DNA of 64,000 nt from Ignavibacteria bacterium RIFOXYB12_FULL_35_14 (GTDB lineage: Bacteria; Bacteroidota; Ignavibacteria; Ignavibacteriales; Ignavibacteriaceae), in contig MHAR01000090.1 in NCBI GenBank assembly GCA_001803045.1, positions 3,498-67,497 of the forward strand, read 5' to 3'. Both the position numbers and the translations under genes were made by a program. The notes under the pieces were generated by a model that had not been told where the DNA came from, did not search any database, and saw only the letters and a list, made by a program, of their open reading frames with translations. Shown here one piece after another: positions 1-9,954 of this stretch (position 1 is its first letter; every line of letters begins with the position of its first letter).

Positions 1-377
1 ATAAGGTAGGCAATGATGATGTTAGCATCTTTGTAATGTTCTCTCAAAAATCTTGTCTGTGCACCAATATGCTGAATATCAAAATGCCAATCGTTTCCGG
101 GTTCAAGTTTTTTACCAATTGTCCATTCAATCGAGTTGCCGTTTGGCAAAGCATAGAGAATAAGCAAAGTTTTCTTGGTCGATTCAAAATTATTTTTGGA
201 AGGAGAATTGATGTGAACAGAAACTTCAGGATCAAACCGAAGATTTAGAGTTCTTTCATCAAAGTGTTCGCTTCTGATAAATTTTTCGAAGACATTTCTA
301 TCTTCTAAACTCTGCGAGATAATAGAAGTATTAAGCAGAAACGAAGCAATAACTGAAATGTAGGAAGAGTGTATCAT
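1..377 (-). CDS. hypothetical secreted protein, 5' part only (gene runs off the window start)
   Basis: My own minus-strand translation from the ATG at 377 (MIHSSYISVIASFLLNTSIISQSLEDRNVFEKF...LILYALPNGNSIEWTIGK...) stays open to position 1. The N-terminus looks like a signal peptide. It is absent from the ORF track because there is no stop in the window. Confidence 0.4.
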   Translation of the reverse strand, partial: MIHSSYISVIASFLLNTSIISQSLEDRNVFEKFIRSEHFDERTLNLRFDPEVSVHINSPSKNNFESTKKTLLILYALPNGNSIEWTIGKKLEPGNDWHFDIQHIGAQTRFLREHYKDANIIIAYL

Positions 378-420
378 ACAAAAATATTTTTCATTCATTT
401 AAATAACTCACAAATATAAT

Positions 421-620
421 AGTCCCGACATTCATGTCGGGGATTAGATGAACCCCTAATACGGGGCTTTAACCACATCAAAGTTATTATTGTGGCTATC
501 CGAAGGATTCCTTTGGAAAAGCCAATACTCGTTCTCTTTTCATTAACAGTTGACTGAAGTCAACTGCAAAGAGATGGATTTCCAGAGTTATGCAACAGAC
601 CCTAAAGGTCGTGGCTATTT
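421..620. repeat. mosaic of short GC-rich hairpin modules; its 3' part resembles the right arm of repeat family Y
   Basis: Hairpins cccgacattcatgtcgggg, cccctaatacgggg, cagttgactgaagtcaactg and gaccctaaaggtc. The segment agagttatgcaacagac matches the 3' arm of the elements at 13229-13369 and 31310-31450. Confidence 0.5.
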
Positions 621-759
621 AAAACTAACAACCTCTTAATAAAATTTTGCTTCACCTTAATTTAAGAAAATGTGCTTCTTAGTTTATAATAAATTAAATT
701 TCGATAGCCATTAAAGTAAAATATGTAACAAGTAATAAATATTAAATAATAAATTAAAA

Positions 760-1161
760 ATGAAATGCCCTGCTTGCGATGAACTGATGATAGTTCTCGA
801 ACTCGAAGAAATAGAGATAGATTACTGCACTGAATGCGAAAGCATTTGGCTCGATGGCGGTGAGCTTGAGCTATTGCTTGAGGAAGCATCTGAGAAAGAA
901 GAATTATTAACCTCATTCAAAGTTGATGATAATTCAGTTGAAAAGAAGTATCGCTGTCCGATTTGTTTTAAGAAAATGGATAAGGTTTTTGTTGGATCGG
1001 AAAGTAAAGTCTTAATTGATAGATGTAAGAACCATCACGGGCTATGGTTCAACAAAGGTGAACTTTATGATGTCGTAAAACTCGGCAGCTTAGATGAAGA
1101 GAACAAGGTTCTAACTTTGCTCAGAGAAATTTTTAAACATAAACTTTCCGGAGGTTCATAA
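760..1161 (+). CDS. double zinc-ribbon protein (TFIIB-type zinc-finger-like)
   Basis: Two CxxC...CxxC units (CPACD...CTEC and CPICF...) each followed by WLDGGELE or WFNKGELY. The stop overlaps the start of the LemA gene. Confidence 0.6.
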   Translation: MKCPACDELMIVLELEEIEIDYCTECESIWLDGGELELLLEEASEKEELLTSFKVDDNSVEKKYRCPICFKKMDKVFVGSESKVLIDRCKNHHGLWFNKGELYDVVKLGSLDEENKVLTLLREIFKHKLSGGS

Positions 1162-1712
1162 TGGCTTTAATAATTGTACTTGCAGTTATTGCATTCTTGG
1201 TTTTCTTTATTATGTCAATATACAATTCATTGATACGGCTTCGCAATCAAGTAAAGAATGCCTGGTCGCAGATTGATGTTCAGCTTAAACGCCGGCATGA
1301 TTTAATACCCAACTTGCTGGAAACTGTAAAGGGATACATGGTTCACGAAAGAGAAACTTTACAAAACATTACAAATGCCCGTGCACAAGCAATGTCTGCT
1401 GCAAGCATTCAGGATAAAGCCAAAGCTGAAGGGCAGTTAACTGATGCAATGACAAAGTTTAACATTGCGGTCGAGAATTATCCCGACTTAAAAGCAAATC
1501 AAAACTTCCTTGCACTTCAGGAAGAGCTTTCATCGACAGAAAATAAAATATCGTTCTCAAGGCAAAATTATAACGATCAAGTTCTGTACTATAACAACAA
1601 GATTGAAATGTTTCCTTCAAATATTCTTGCGGGAATGTTCAACTTTACAAAAGAAGCATTTTTTGAATTAGAAGATAAAGGTGAAAGAGGCGTTCCCAAA
1701 ATCAGTTTCTAA
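1161..1712 (+). CDS. LemA family membrane protein
   Basis: N-terminal TM helix, then NAWSQIDVQLKRRHDLIPNLLETVKGY and the ENKISFSRQNYND region typical of LemA. Confidence 0.85.
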   Translation: MALIIVLAVIAFLVFFIMSIYNSLIRLRNQVKNAWSQIDVQLKRRHDLIPNLLETVKGYMVHERETLQNITNARAQAMSAASIQDKAKAEGQLTDAMTKFNIAVENYPDLKANQNFLALQEELSSTENKISFSRQNYNDQVLYYNNKIEMFPSNILAGMFNFTKEAFFELEDKGERGVPKISF

Positions 1713-2123
1713 GGAGAAAAAAGAATTTGCAGAAACCCCACGCTTCTCCCATAGGGATGCCTCTGGCAAGCGTGGGGTGTGTAAAACTAAAAACAAAATT
1801 GGCTTTAGCCCTGATATAAATATGACTTGTGTGGTAGATCAAAATATGGATTCATATTATTGGGGGTAAGAAGAACAATCAGAGTATTTTAACTAATGGC
1901 GGCATGAAACAATTTTTTCAACGCATTCTTGAGAACTAAAAGAAGGAACCTATTCACATTTAATATGAAAAGTTATTTACTGGATCTGAATTTAATTTTT
2001 AAGGCTAATGCCTCAATTTCACTTCTTACTTATCCCCACGATAAATCGTGGGGTTAATTCAAGTTAAATAGCAATATGCTGAAACACGATTGTATTATTA
2101 TGAAATAATTTTTTAATAGTTGT

Positions 2124-3362
2124 ATGTGGGAATTAATTAGAGCAAACCAGCGCAAGTCCTTCTGGCTTTTCATAGGCATGAGCATACTGCTTTTGCTTTT
2201 GGGTTATGCAATTGGAAGCAGTTTTATTCCGGAAGGCGGCGGTTCATTCGGTGTTCTTGTTGCTTTGGGAATTTGGATGGTACTTTCAATTATCAGCATT
2301 GCATTCGGCAGCAATATACTTTTAGCAATCAGTGGTGCAAAAGAAGTCACCTCTGAAGTTCATCCCCAGCTTTTTAATGTTGTTGAAGAAATGAAAATTG
2401 CTGCGGGTCTTCCCAACATTCCTAAAATTTATATTATTAATGAAGAAGCCCCGAATGCATTCGCAACAGGAGTAAAACCCGAGAACAGTGCAATTGCTGT
2501 TACGGCAGGACTTTTATCAAAGCTTAATCGAGACGAGCTTCAGGGAGTTGTAGCTCACGAAACGGCTCACATCTTCAACCGTGATATACGATTTATGACC
2601 TTGGCAGGAATTATGCTTGGTGCTATAGTTCTTATTTCCGAAATATATTTTAGAGGAATGTGGATTTCCGGTGGAGGCAGAAGGTACAGCTCTAAATCAT
2701 CAAAGAGCAGCGGGCAGGGGCAAGTAATCATTATGATTGCCGCAATTGCACTTGCAATCTTAGCTCCCATTCTTGCACGCTTGCTTTATCTTGCGATCTC
2801 TAGAAAACGCGAATACCTTGCCGATGCAACTGCAGTGCGCTTTACAAGATATCCTGAGGGATTAGCTTCAGCTTTAGAAAAGATCTCCGAATCAACGTTA
2901 GATTTAAGAAGTGCAAACAAAGTTACTGCACCGATGTATATTGTGAATCCATTGAAAGAAAAAGGAATGAAGATTGCTGATTTGACAAGCACACATCCTC
3001 CTATCTCTGAGCGAATTAGAATTTTGCGAAGCATTTCACAAGGCGCAGGATTCATTGATTACCAAACTGCTTTCGATAAGATAAAACGAAAAGCAACCCC
3101 GATTATTCCTGCATCTGCATTGACTAATCCAGAAAAAGTTGAAATAAAAATACCGGGCGAGGCAACTGTTGCTCAAGAATCAACCAAGCAGCAAAAAAGA
3201 ACGCTTGGAGACTTGATGATGACGGTGAACAATTACTCTTTTCTTGCTTGCGTCTGTGGAATGAAAATAAAAATTCCCGCAGGCTTTGGAACAAATAGAC
3301 CAAAAGTTACTTGTCCAAGATGCGGGCATGTGAGTGCTGTTGCTGCAAACAAAACCATTTGA
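2124..3362 (+). CDS. M48 family (HtpX-like) zinc metallopeptidase with C-terminal zinc ribbon
   Basis: HETAH (HExxH) motif, multiple TM helices, downstream EYLADA and THPPISERI motifs. The C-terminal CVCG...CPRCG is a four-Cys ribbon. Confidence 0.85.
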   Translation: MWELIRANQRKSFWLFIGMSILLLLLGYAIGSSFIPEGGGSFGVLVALGIWMVLSIISIAFGSNILLAISGAKEVTSEVHPQLFNVVEEMKIAAGLPNIPKIYIINEEAPNAFATGVKPENSAIAVTAGLLSKLNRDELQGVVAHETAHIFNRDIRFMTLAGIMLGAIVLISEIYFRGMWISGGGRRYSSKSSKSSGQGQVIIMIAAIALAILAPILARLLYLAISRKREYLADATAVRFTRYPEGLASALEKISESTLDLRSANKVTAPMYIVNPLKEKGMKIADLTSTHPPISERIRILRSISQGAGFIDYQTAFDKIKRKATPIIPASALTNPEKVEIKIPGEATVAQESTKQQKRTLGDLMMTVNNYSFLACVCGMKIKIPAGFGTNRPKVTCPRCGHVSAVAANKTI

Positions 3363-3524
3363 ATTCGCTATTCATTGAGTTAATAAGTTTACTTTCAGTT
3401 TTGACGGCTCGTTATTATGATAACAATTTATCCTATGACAGTTATATTATTACAAATGAAATAGCAGCTTAAAAATGAAATGTAAAAAAAAGATTAATCC
3501 ATTTTATGGAAGATCTAATCCGGT

Positions 3525-4406
3525 ATGTCAAACCCTTCTCACTTGAGAGCAACGCTGCAGGCGTTATTAGTTACATTCCTATGGTCAACATCATTTGTAA
3601 TTATTAAGTTGGGTCTGGAAGAAATTCCGCCATTAACATTTGCCGGTTTACGCTATGTGATAGCTTTCATTTGTCTTCTGCCTTTTACTTTCACGAAAAA
3701 GAAGATCGGCGCTATAAAAAATATTGAAAAGCGCGATTGGCTTAGACTAATTTATCTGGGTATAATGTTTATAACAATTACTCAGGGAGCCCAATTTATA
3801 GGTCTTTCGCTTCTCCCTGCTGTTACGGTAAGTCTTTTGCTGAATTTTACACCTGTAATTGTAGCGGTGCTTGGAATTTACCTTCTCGCAGAAAAACCTG
3901 GTTTGGTGCAATGGACCGGCATTGCTTTGTTCATTACCGGAATCCTGATTTACTTTTTCCCGGTTTTTCTCTCAGCTTATCAAGGTTTAGGAATTATTGT
4001 AATGCTTATCGGTGTTGCAGCAAATGCAGGCTCTGCAATTCTAGGAAGAGGTATTAACCGTGAAGCTAAATTATCTCCACTGGTGGTTACGGTTGTTAGT
4101 ATGGGAATAGGTTCTATGCTGCTTCTTGTAATAGGAATACTTACGCAAGGTTTACCTTCCATAAACCTTAAAAACATGTTTTATTTATTATGGCTTTCTG
4201 CTGTTAATACCGCTTTTGCTTTTACACTCTGGAATTCAACGCTTCGTTCATTAAGAGCTATGGAATCAAGTATAATCAACAGTACGATGCTTATTCAAAT
4301 CGCGGTTCTTGCATGGATATTTATTGGTGAACCGATAACCTGGAAAGAAGGCTTGGGAATGATTATTGCCGGAATCGGTGCGGTAGTTGTACACATTAGA
4401 AAATGA
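3525..4406 (+). CDS. EamA/DMT superfamily transporter
   Basis: About 10 predicted TM helices in a duplicated EamA-like layout. Confidence 0.8.
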   Translation: MSNPSHLRATLQALLVTFLWSTSFVIIKLGLEEIPPLTFAGLRYVIAFICLLPFTFTKKKIGAIKNIEKRDWLRLIYLGIMFITITQGAQFIGLSLLPAVTVSLLLNFTPVIVAVLGIYLLAEKPGLVQWTGIALFITGILIYFFPVFLSAYQGLGIIVMLIGVAANAGSAILGRGINREAKLSPLVVTVVSMGIGSMLLLVIGILTQGLPSINLKNMFYLLWLSAVNTAFAFTLWNSTLRSLRAMESSIINSTMLIQIAVLAWIFIGEPITWKEGLGMIIAGIGAVVVHIRK

Positions 4407-4442
4407 ACAAACAAAGATCATCAAATCATTAAACTATAAAAT

Positions 4443-7400
4443 ATGAATAAAGCACTTATCAAAACACATTTATTCTTTTTAATCTTATTAATTGGAATTG
4501 TTGGATGTTCTTCTAAAGATGTTATTAAAGAGCAAGATAAGGAGCAAGAAGAGGAGAAGCTTGAAGATATTTCGGAAATGACAGAAGAAGTTTTGGAAGT
4601 AAAATTTGAGCATGTAGCTAAGTCTCTGCCGGTTATCTTTCCGCCTTCAGCTAAAATAGAATCTATAAATGCTGATCGAATGAATCGACTTTTAGAAATA
4701 AATCTCAGCAAGGAATTTTCTTATGTTCCTTTTAGGAACGAAACAGTTGAAATGTTATATGAAGAATTCCGTGATGAATTTGGTTCCGGTTATGAAGATT
4801 ATAAAATGCAGATAAAAGCGTTGGGCTATCCCATTGAACAGCTTATTCCCAATTATTTTAGAAGCGGATATGCTGAATATGATCAGAGCAGAATTCCATC
4901 GAGCAGATTTAAAAGACCAGATCCAGTAGTTAGGAATGTCAATTCTAAAAATAATTCATCGAAAGGGCTTGCCGGCAAAAACATTTTACTTTGGCATAGT
5001 CATGGCTGGTACCACAATTTAAAGCTTGAGAGATGGGAATGGCAGCGTCCAAGATTATTTCAAAGTGTAGAGGATTTGATTCCGATGTCATTCACAATTC
5101 CATATCTTATTCCTATGCTGGAAAATGCAGGTGCAAACGTTTTTATTCCGCGAGAAAGGGATGTTCAGACAAATGAAGTTATTGTTGACAATGATTCTCC
5201 TACTAATCTGATAACAAAATCGAGATTCATAGTTCGCGATGGAGAAAGATTAGTCTGGCAAAAAGAGAATGAACCTGCCTTTGGAATTGGTGAACCTCCG
5301 TATAAAGAAAATGAAAATCCATTTAAACTTGGCAGCAGCTTGTTTACCTATTCGAATCTTACAGGTGATGCACAATGCGAGTGGATTCCAGAAATTCCTC
5401 AAACAGGTGAGTATGCAATTTATATATCCTACAGACATTCTTCTGAAAATGTTTCGGATGCGCGTTACACAGTTTATCATTCTGGTGGTCAAACCGAATT
5501 TGAAGTTAATCAGCAGATTGGCGGCAGTACTTGGATCTATCTCGGCAAGTTTAAATTTGAAAAGGGTTATAATCCTAAAAGCGGAAAAGTTGTTCTGTCA
5601 AATAAGAGTAAAGAATTAGGAATGATAGTTTCTTCAGATGCAGTTAGATTTGGCGGTGGAATGGGAATAGTTGAACGGAATGGAACTACAAGCGGCAGAC
5701 CAAAGTTTGCTGAAGGCGCTCGATATTGGCTTCAATATGCAGGAATGCCTGATACACTCGTTTACAGTCTTAACCAAAATGAAAATGATTACAATGACGA
5801 TTACCAAAGCCGTGCAGAATACGGAAATTATTTATATGGTAATCCCAATGGACCAAATAAAAATCGGGGTTTTAAGGGTTTAGGAATCCCAATCGATCTA
5901 TCGCTTGCTTTTCATACTGATGCTGGAATTTCGCGAAGCGATACAGCGATTGGAACATTGTCAATTTACAGTCTTACTTCAAGCGATACACAGTATGTTT
6001 TTCCGGATGGAATGTCACGGCTTGCTAACAGAGACCTGGCAGACCTTGTTCAAACTCAGATAGTTGATGACGTTAGAACAAAATATGATTTGATTTGGAA
6101 TAGGCGCCAATTGCTTGATGCTCGCTACAGCGAATCTGTCCGTCCAAATTTTCCATCGCTCCTGCTTGAGCTGCTTTCTCATCAGAATTTTCTTGATATG
6201 AAATACGTTCTTGATTCTCGCTTCCGGTTTGATGTATCGAGGGCGATTTACAAAGGCATGCTAAGATTTTTATCCGTACAGCACAATGTCGATTTTATTG
6301 TTCAGCCGCTGCCTGTAACACATTTCTTTACAGAGTTCGATAAAAAAGGCAATGTAATTCTGAAGTGGCAACCGCAATCCGATCCTTTAGAGCCAACTGC
6401 ATTACCAAATAAATATATTGTTTACACAAGAATTAATGGCGGTGGATTTGATAATGGAATTTCGGTTGAAGAGAATTCTTTTGTAAAAGAAATTGAAAAA
6501 GGAAAGATTTATAGCTTTAAAGTAACGGCTGTTAACGATGGTGGTGAAAGTCTTCCTTCCGAAATTCTTTCCATTTGTAGAATGGAGAACGGGAAAAGCC
6601 CAATTATGATTGTTAATGGTTTTGATAGAATTGCTCCACCCGCAATAGTTGAGGACACTTCATTCATCGGCTTTGCAAATTTTATTGATGCAGGTGTTCC
6701 GGATAAGTATGATATAAATTTTACTGGAACCCAATATGATTTCAATCCTAATTCATCGTATGTTTCAAATGATGCACCCGGTCATGGTGCAAGTCATGCC
6801 GATTATGAAACTAAAATTATAGCCGGCAACACTTTTGATTTTCCATACATTCACGGACAATCAATTAAGAATTCCGGTTATTCTTTTGTATCGTGTAGCG
6901 ACGAATCAGTAATGGAGGGTAAAGTTGATCTAAAAAAATATAAAATGATTGATCTAATTCTTGGTGAAGAAAAGAAAACAAACTGGCAAAAACCTTTTGC
7001 GGATTCTGTAAATGGGATTCAGTTCGAAGCAATTCCGACTCAGCTTCAAAAGCAGCTAGTAGATTTTTTAGAGAAAGGAAAAAGCTTATTCGTTTCAGGT
7101 GCTTATGTTGGTTCTGATCTTTTTTCAAGTAACGATAGTTTAAGCATTCAGTTCGCAAAAAACACTTTACATTTTAATCTGGTGACAGATCATGCGGCAA
7201 AAACGGGAGAAATATTCCCGACAAGATCATCGTTCTTAAAAAACATATTTAGCATTAAGTTTAGTTCTGAATTAAATGATTCCATTTATGCTGTTGAAGC
7301 ACCTGATGCCATTGCTCCAACCAATGGTGCAGAGACAATTCTTAGATACAAAGAAAATCAATTTAGTGCTGGAGTTAGTTACAAAGGAAGTTATAATGTT

Positions 7401-7490
7401 GTTGTCTTTGGCTTTCCATTCGAGACAATATCGAAATCTGAAGTTAGAAATGATATTATGAAGGCTGTAATTAAATACTTTGGATTGTGA
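4443..7490 (+). CDS. large lipoprotein with amidase_3-like core and FN3-like domain
   Basis: Lipobox IVGC. The segments AFHTDAG...LLELLSHQNF resemble N-acetylmuramoyl-L-alanine amidase (Amidase_3) metal-ligand regions. An FN3-like segment reads KWQPQSDP...YSFKVTAVNDGGES. Confidence 0.5.
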   Translation: MNKALIKTHLFFLILLIGIVGCSSKDVIKEQDKEQEEEKLEDISEMTEEVLEVKFEHVAKSLPVIFPPSAKIESINADRMNRLLEINLSKEFSYVPFRNETVEMLYEEFRDEFGSGYEDYKMQIKALGYPIEQLIPNYFRSGYAEYDQSRIPSSRFKRPDPVVRNVNSKNNSSKGLAGKNILLWHSHGWYHNLKLERWEWQRPRLFQSVEDLIPMSFTIPYLIPMLENAGANVFIPRERDVQTNEVIVDNDSPTNLITKSRFIVRDGERLVWQKENEPAFGIGEPPYKENENPFKLGSSLFTYSNLTGDAQCEWIPEIPQTGEYAIYISYRHSSENVSDARYTVYHSGGQTEFEVNQQIGGSTWIYLGKFKFEKGYNPKSGKVVLSNKSKELGMIVSSDAVRFGGGMGIVERNGTTSGRPKFAEGARYWLQYAGMPDTLVYSLNQNENDYNDDYQSRAEYGNYLYGNPNGPNKNRGFKGLGIPIDLSLAFHTDAGISRSDTAIGTLSIYSLTSSDTQYVFPDGMSRLANRDLADLVQTQIVDDVRTKYDLIWNRRQLLDARYSESVRPNFPSLLLELLSHQNFLDMKYVLDSRFRFDVSRAIYKGMLRFLSVQHNVDFIVQPLPVTHFFTEFDKKGNVILKWQPQSDPLEPTALPNKYIVYTRINGGGFDNGISVEENSFVKEIEKGKIYSFKVTAVNDGGESLPSEILSICRMENGKSPIMIVNGFDRIAPPAIVEDTSFIGFANFIDAGVPDKYDINFTGTQYDFNPNSSYVSNDAPGHGASHADYETKIIAGNTFDFPYIHGQSIKNSGYSFVSCSDESVMEGKVDLKKYKMIDLILGEEKKTNWQKPFADSVNGIQFEAIPTQLQKQLVDFLEKGKSLFVSGAYVGSDLFSSNDSLSIQFAKNTLHFNLVTDHAAKTGEIFPTRSSFLKNIFSIKFSSELNDSIYAVEAPDAIAPTNGAETILRYKENQFSAGVSYKGSYNVVVFGFPFETISKSEVRNDIMKAVIKYFGL

Positions 7491-7638
7491 CACACTTTCC
7501 TATTGTTAAAGAATTGAATTGCCGAAAACCTTTGCTAAAATGCTCAAACTGCACTAAAATTTTATTATAACAATTGTGCAGCACATCATTTTTTTGCATT
7601 TTTGAACAACACAAATTCACCTTTATGAAGGGGCTTAC

Positions 7639-8643
7639 ATGAATCCAAAACAGATTAAAGTAGTTCAATACGGTCTGGGACCAATCGGCTTACAAATCAC
7701 CAGATATCTTTTAGAAAGAAAAATTTTCACGATAGTCGGGGCAATTGATATTGATCCACGAAAAGTAGGTAAAGACCTTGGGACGGTTGCGGGATTAAAT
7801 AAAAAACTCAGAGTTAGAGTTTCTTCCGATGCGAATAAGGTGCTTAAAAACTCCCATGCCGGAATTGTGGTTTTAACAACTGCTTCAAGTTTGAAAACAA
7901 TTAAGCCTCAAATTCTTCAAGTAATCTTTCATGGTAAAAATGTAGTATCCACATGCGAAGAGCTTGTTTATCCGTGGTTAACTAATCCACAAATTGCTAA
8001 AGAAATAGACCTTGCAGCGAAGAAAAAGAAAGTATCCGTTCTTTCCACCGGAGTTAATCCTGGATTTCTAATGGATTTTCTTCCAATGGCTGTTACTGCT
8101 GTTTGCAAAGAGGTAAACAATATTACCGTCGAGCGAATTCAAAATGCAAAGTACCGCAGAGTACCTTTTCAGCAAAAAATAGGAGCGGGAATAACGAAGA
8201 ATGAGTTTAATAAAAAAGTTAAAGATGGAACGCTTAGGCATGTTGGACTTACGGAATCAGTCCATCTTATCGCATCAAAACTTGGATGGAAACTCGACAA
8301 GACACAAGATATAATTGAACCGGTAGTTGCAGCTAAAAATGTTTCGGCAGGAAAAATGAAAATTGCAAAAGGTAATGCACTTGGTGTTCAGCAAACGGGA
8401 CTTGGAATTAAAAATAATGAAGAGAAAATAAAACTTTTGTTTCGTGCAACAATTGGCGAGGAATCTCCGAGAGACAGAATAATTATTGATGGTTTACCTC
8501 CGATTGATATGACAATTAAAAACGGAGTGAATGGAGATATTGCAACTTGTGCTATCACAATGAATGCTATTCCAATTGTTATAAATGCTAAGCCAGGTTT
8601 AAGAACTATGGCGGATGTTGAGCCGATATCATGTTTTATTTAG
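7639..8643 (+). CDS. NAD(P)-binding DapB-like / amine dehydrogenase family protein
   Basis: N-terminal Rossmann-type motif VVQYGLGPIGL. The length and C-terminal half resemble the dihydrodipicolinate reductase-like / 2,4-diaminopentanoate dehydrogenase family. Confidence 0.5.
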   Translation: MNPKQIKVVQYGLGPIGLQITRYLLERKIFTIVGAIDIDPRKVGKDLGTVAGLNKKLRVRVSSDANKVLKNSHAGIVVLTTASSLKTIKPQILQVIFHGKNVVSTCEELVYPWLTNPQIAKEIDLAAKKKKVSVLSTGVNPGFLMDFLPMAVTAVCKEVNNITVERIQNAKYRRVPFQQKIGAGITKNEFNKKVKDGTLRHVGLTESVHLIASKLGWKLDKTQDIIEPVVAAKNVSAGKMKIAKGNALGVQQTGLGIKNNEEKIKLLFRATIGEESPRDRIIIDGLPPIDMTIKNGVNGDIATCAITMNAIPIVINAKPGLRTMADVEPISCFI

Positions 8644-8673
8644 TTTATAGCTATGCCAGATTTCCAAATGTAG

Positions 8674-8720
8674 ATATGCCAGATTTCTGTTGCGTATACG
8701 AAATCTCAAATCTGGCATAT
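8674..8720. terminator. 13-bp-stem hairpin between convergent genes (candidate bidirectional terminator)
   Basis: atatgccagattt pairs with aaatctggcatat. An extra direct copy, ctatgccagatttcc, lies just upstream at about 8651. Confidence 0.5.
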
Positions 8721-8735
8721 CTTAACTGCATGTAC

Positions 8736-9122
8736 TTACAAACTGTCAACAACTTTTCTAAGCTTGCTTTGAACTTCGCTTGCAACCTTACCAAGATTTG
8801 GATTTGAAACAGCTTGCATTGATGCAATTGGATCTACGGCAGCAACCTCAATTTTTCCTGGTGCCTGCTCGATTACGATAACATTGCAGGGAAGCATGGT
8901 TCCAATTTTATCCTCAGACTTTAATGCCTCGTAAGCAAAAGGTGGATTACAAGCACCGAGGATTTTGTATTTCTTAAAATCAACATCAAGCTTTTTCTTT
9001 AATGTTTCTTTCACATCAATCTCGGTGAGCACCCCGAATCCTTCTTTCTTAAGCTCATCGGTTACCTTGAGAATGACTTCATCAAAGTTGCCCGTAACAG
9101 TTTTATTAAAATAGTAGCTCAT
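8736..9122 (-). CDS. DUF302 domain protein
   Basis: FDEVILKVTDELKKEGFGVLTEIDVKETLKKKL...ILGACNP is a typical DUF302 sequence. The start is moved to the ATG at 9122, which has AAAGGA upstream; the track start is a TTG. Confidence 0.75.
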   Translation of the reverse strand: MSYYFNKTVTGNFDEVILKVTDELKKEGFGVLTEIDVKETLKKKLDVDFKKYKILGACNPPFAYEALKSEDKIGTMLPCNVIVIEQAPGKIEVAAVDPIASMQAVSNPNLGKVASEVQSKLRKVVDSL

Positions 9123-9450
9123 AAATAATCCTTTCAAATTTTTGTTAGTGAGATGAGTGAAAGCATAAAAAGTTGCTTATGTTTTAAAGTGACGAAAATG
9201 ATAGATAATTTTATAGCTGACCTTAGTTTCTTCGTGCCTTAGCGGCTAATTCTTAATCTTTATTTCTAAATTAAGGATAAGTCGTAGTTGCCACAAAGAC
9301 ACCAAGACTCAAAGAAACACTATGAAATTTTATTTAAACCGTTCCTATTAATTTAATCTTAGTAATTGAAACTCTTACTCATCTTAACAAACTTTTTAAT
9401 AACTTTGCTCACCTCAAATCAATTTTGTTAAAAGGATTTTAAGTACCCAA

Positions 9451-9954
9451 ATGAAAATCAAAACTAAAAAACGTCCATCGTGGGATGAATATTTTCTTAA
9501 GCTTGCAATGCTTGCATCGGAAAGATCTACTTGTCCGAGAATGCATTGTGGATGTGTGATTGTAAAAGATAAATTTGTGCTTGCAACTGGGTATAACGGT
9601 TCATTGCCTGGCTTACCTCATTGTGAAGATGAAGGATGCCTAATTGTTGACAATCATTGTGTAAGAACAAATCATGCCGAGATAAACGCATTAACTCAAG
9701 CTGTGACCCATGGAGTGAATCTTAAAGGATCAACCGCATACATAACCAACATGTCTTGCACAACATGTGCTAAAGCAATGATAGCTGCCGGTATAAAAAG
9801 AGTTGTCGTATTTTCGGAATATCATGATACGCTTGCTACAAAATTCTATACGGAATCTCACGTAGAAATTGTTAAGCTCAAAATGCCGGGAAAAGAGATT
9901 CACTATGATTTGAAGAGATACACATCGGCACGCAAAACCAAAAAGTCTAAGTGA
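9451..9954 (+). CDS. deoxycytidylate (dCMP) deaminase
   Basis: CDA zinc motifs HAEINAL and CTTCAKAM. Size and N-terminal WDEYFL are typical of ComEB/dCMP deaminases. Confidence 0.85.
   Translation: MKIKTKKRPSWDEYFLKLAMLASERSTCPRMHCGCVIVKDKFVLATGYNGSLPGLPHCEDEGCLIVDNHCVRTNHAEINALTQAVTHGVNLKGSTAYITNMSCTTCAKAMIAAGIKRVVVFSEYHDTLATKFYTESHVEIVKLKMPGKEIHYDLKRYTSARKTKKSK

Noticed and set aside
1681-1869. 62-aa track ORF downstream of LemA.
   Set aside because: It overlaps the LemA 3' end and is made of the GC-rich nested hairpins. There is no coding signal.
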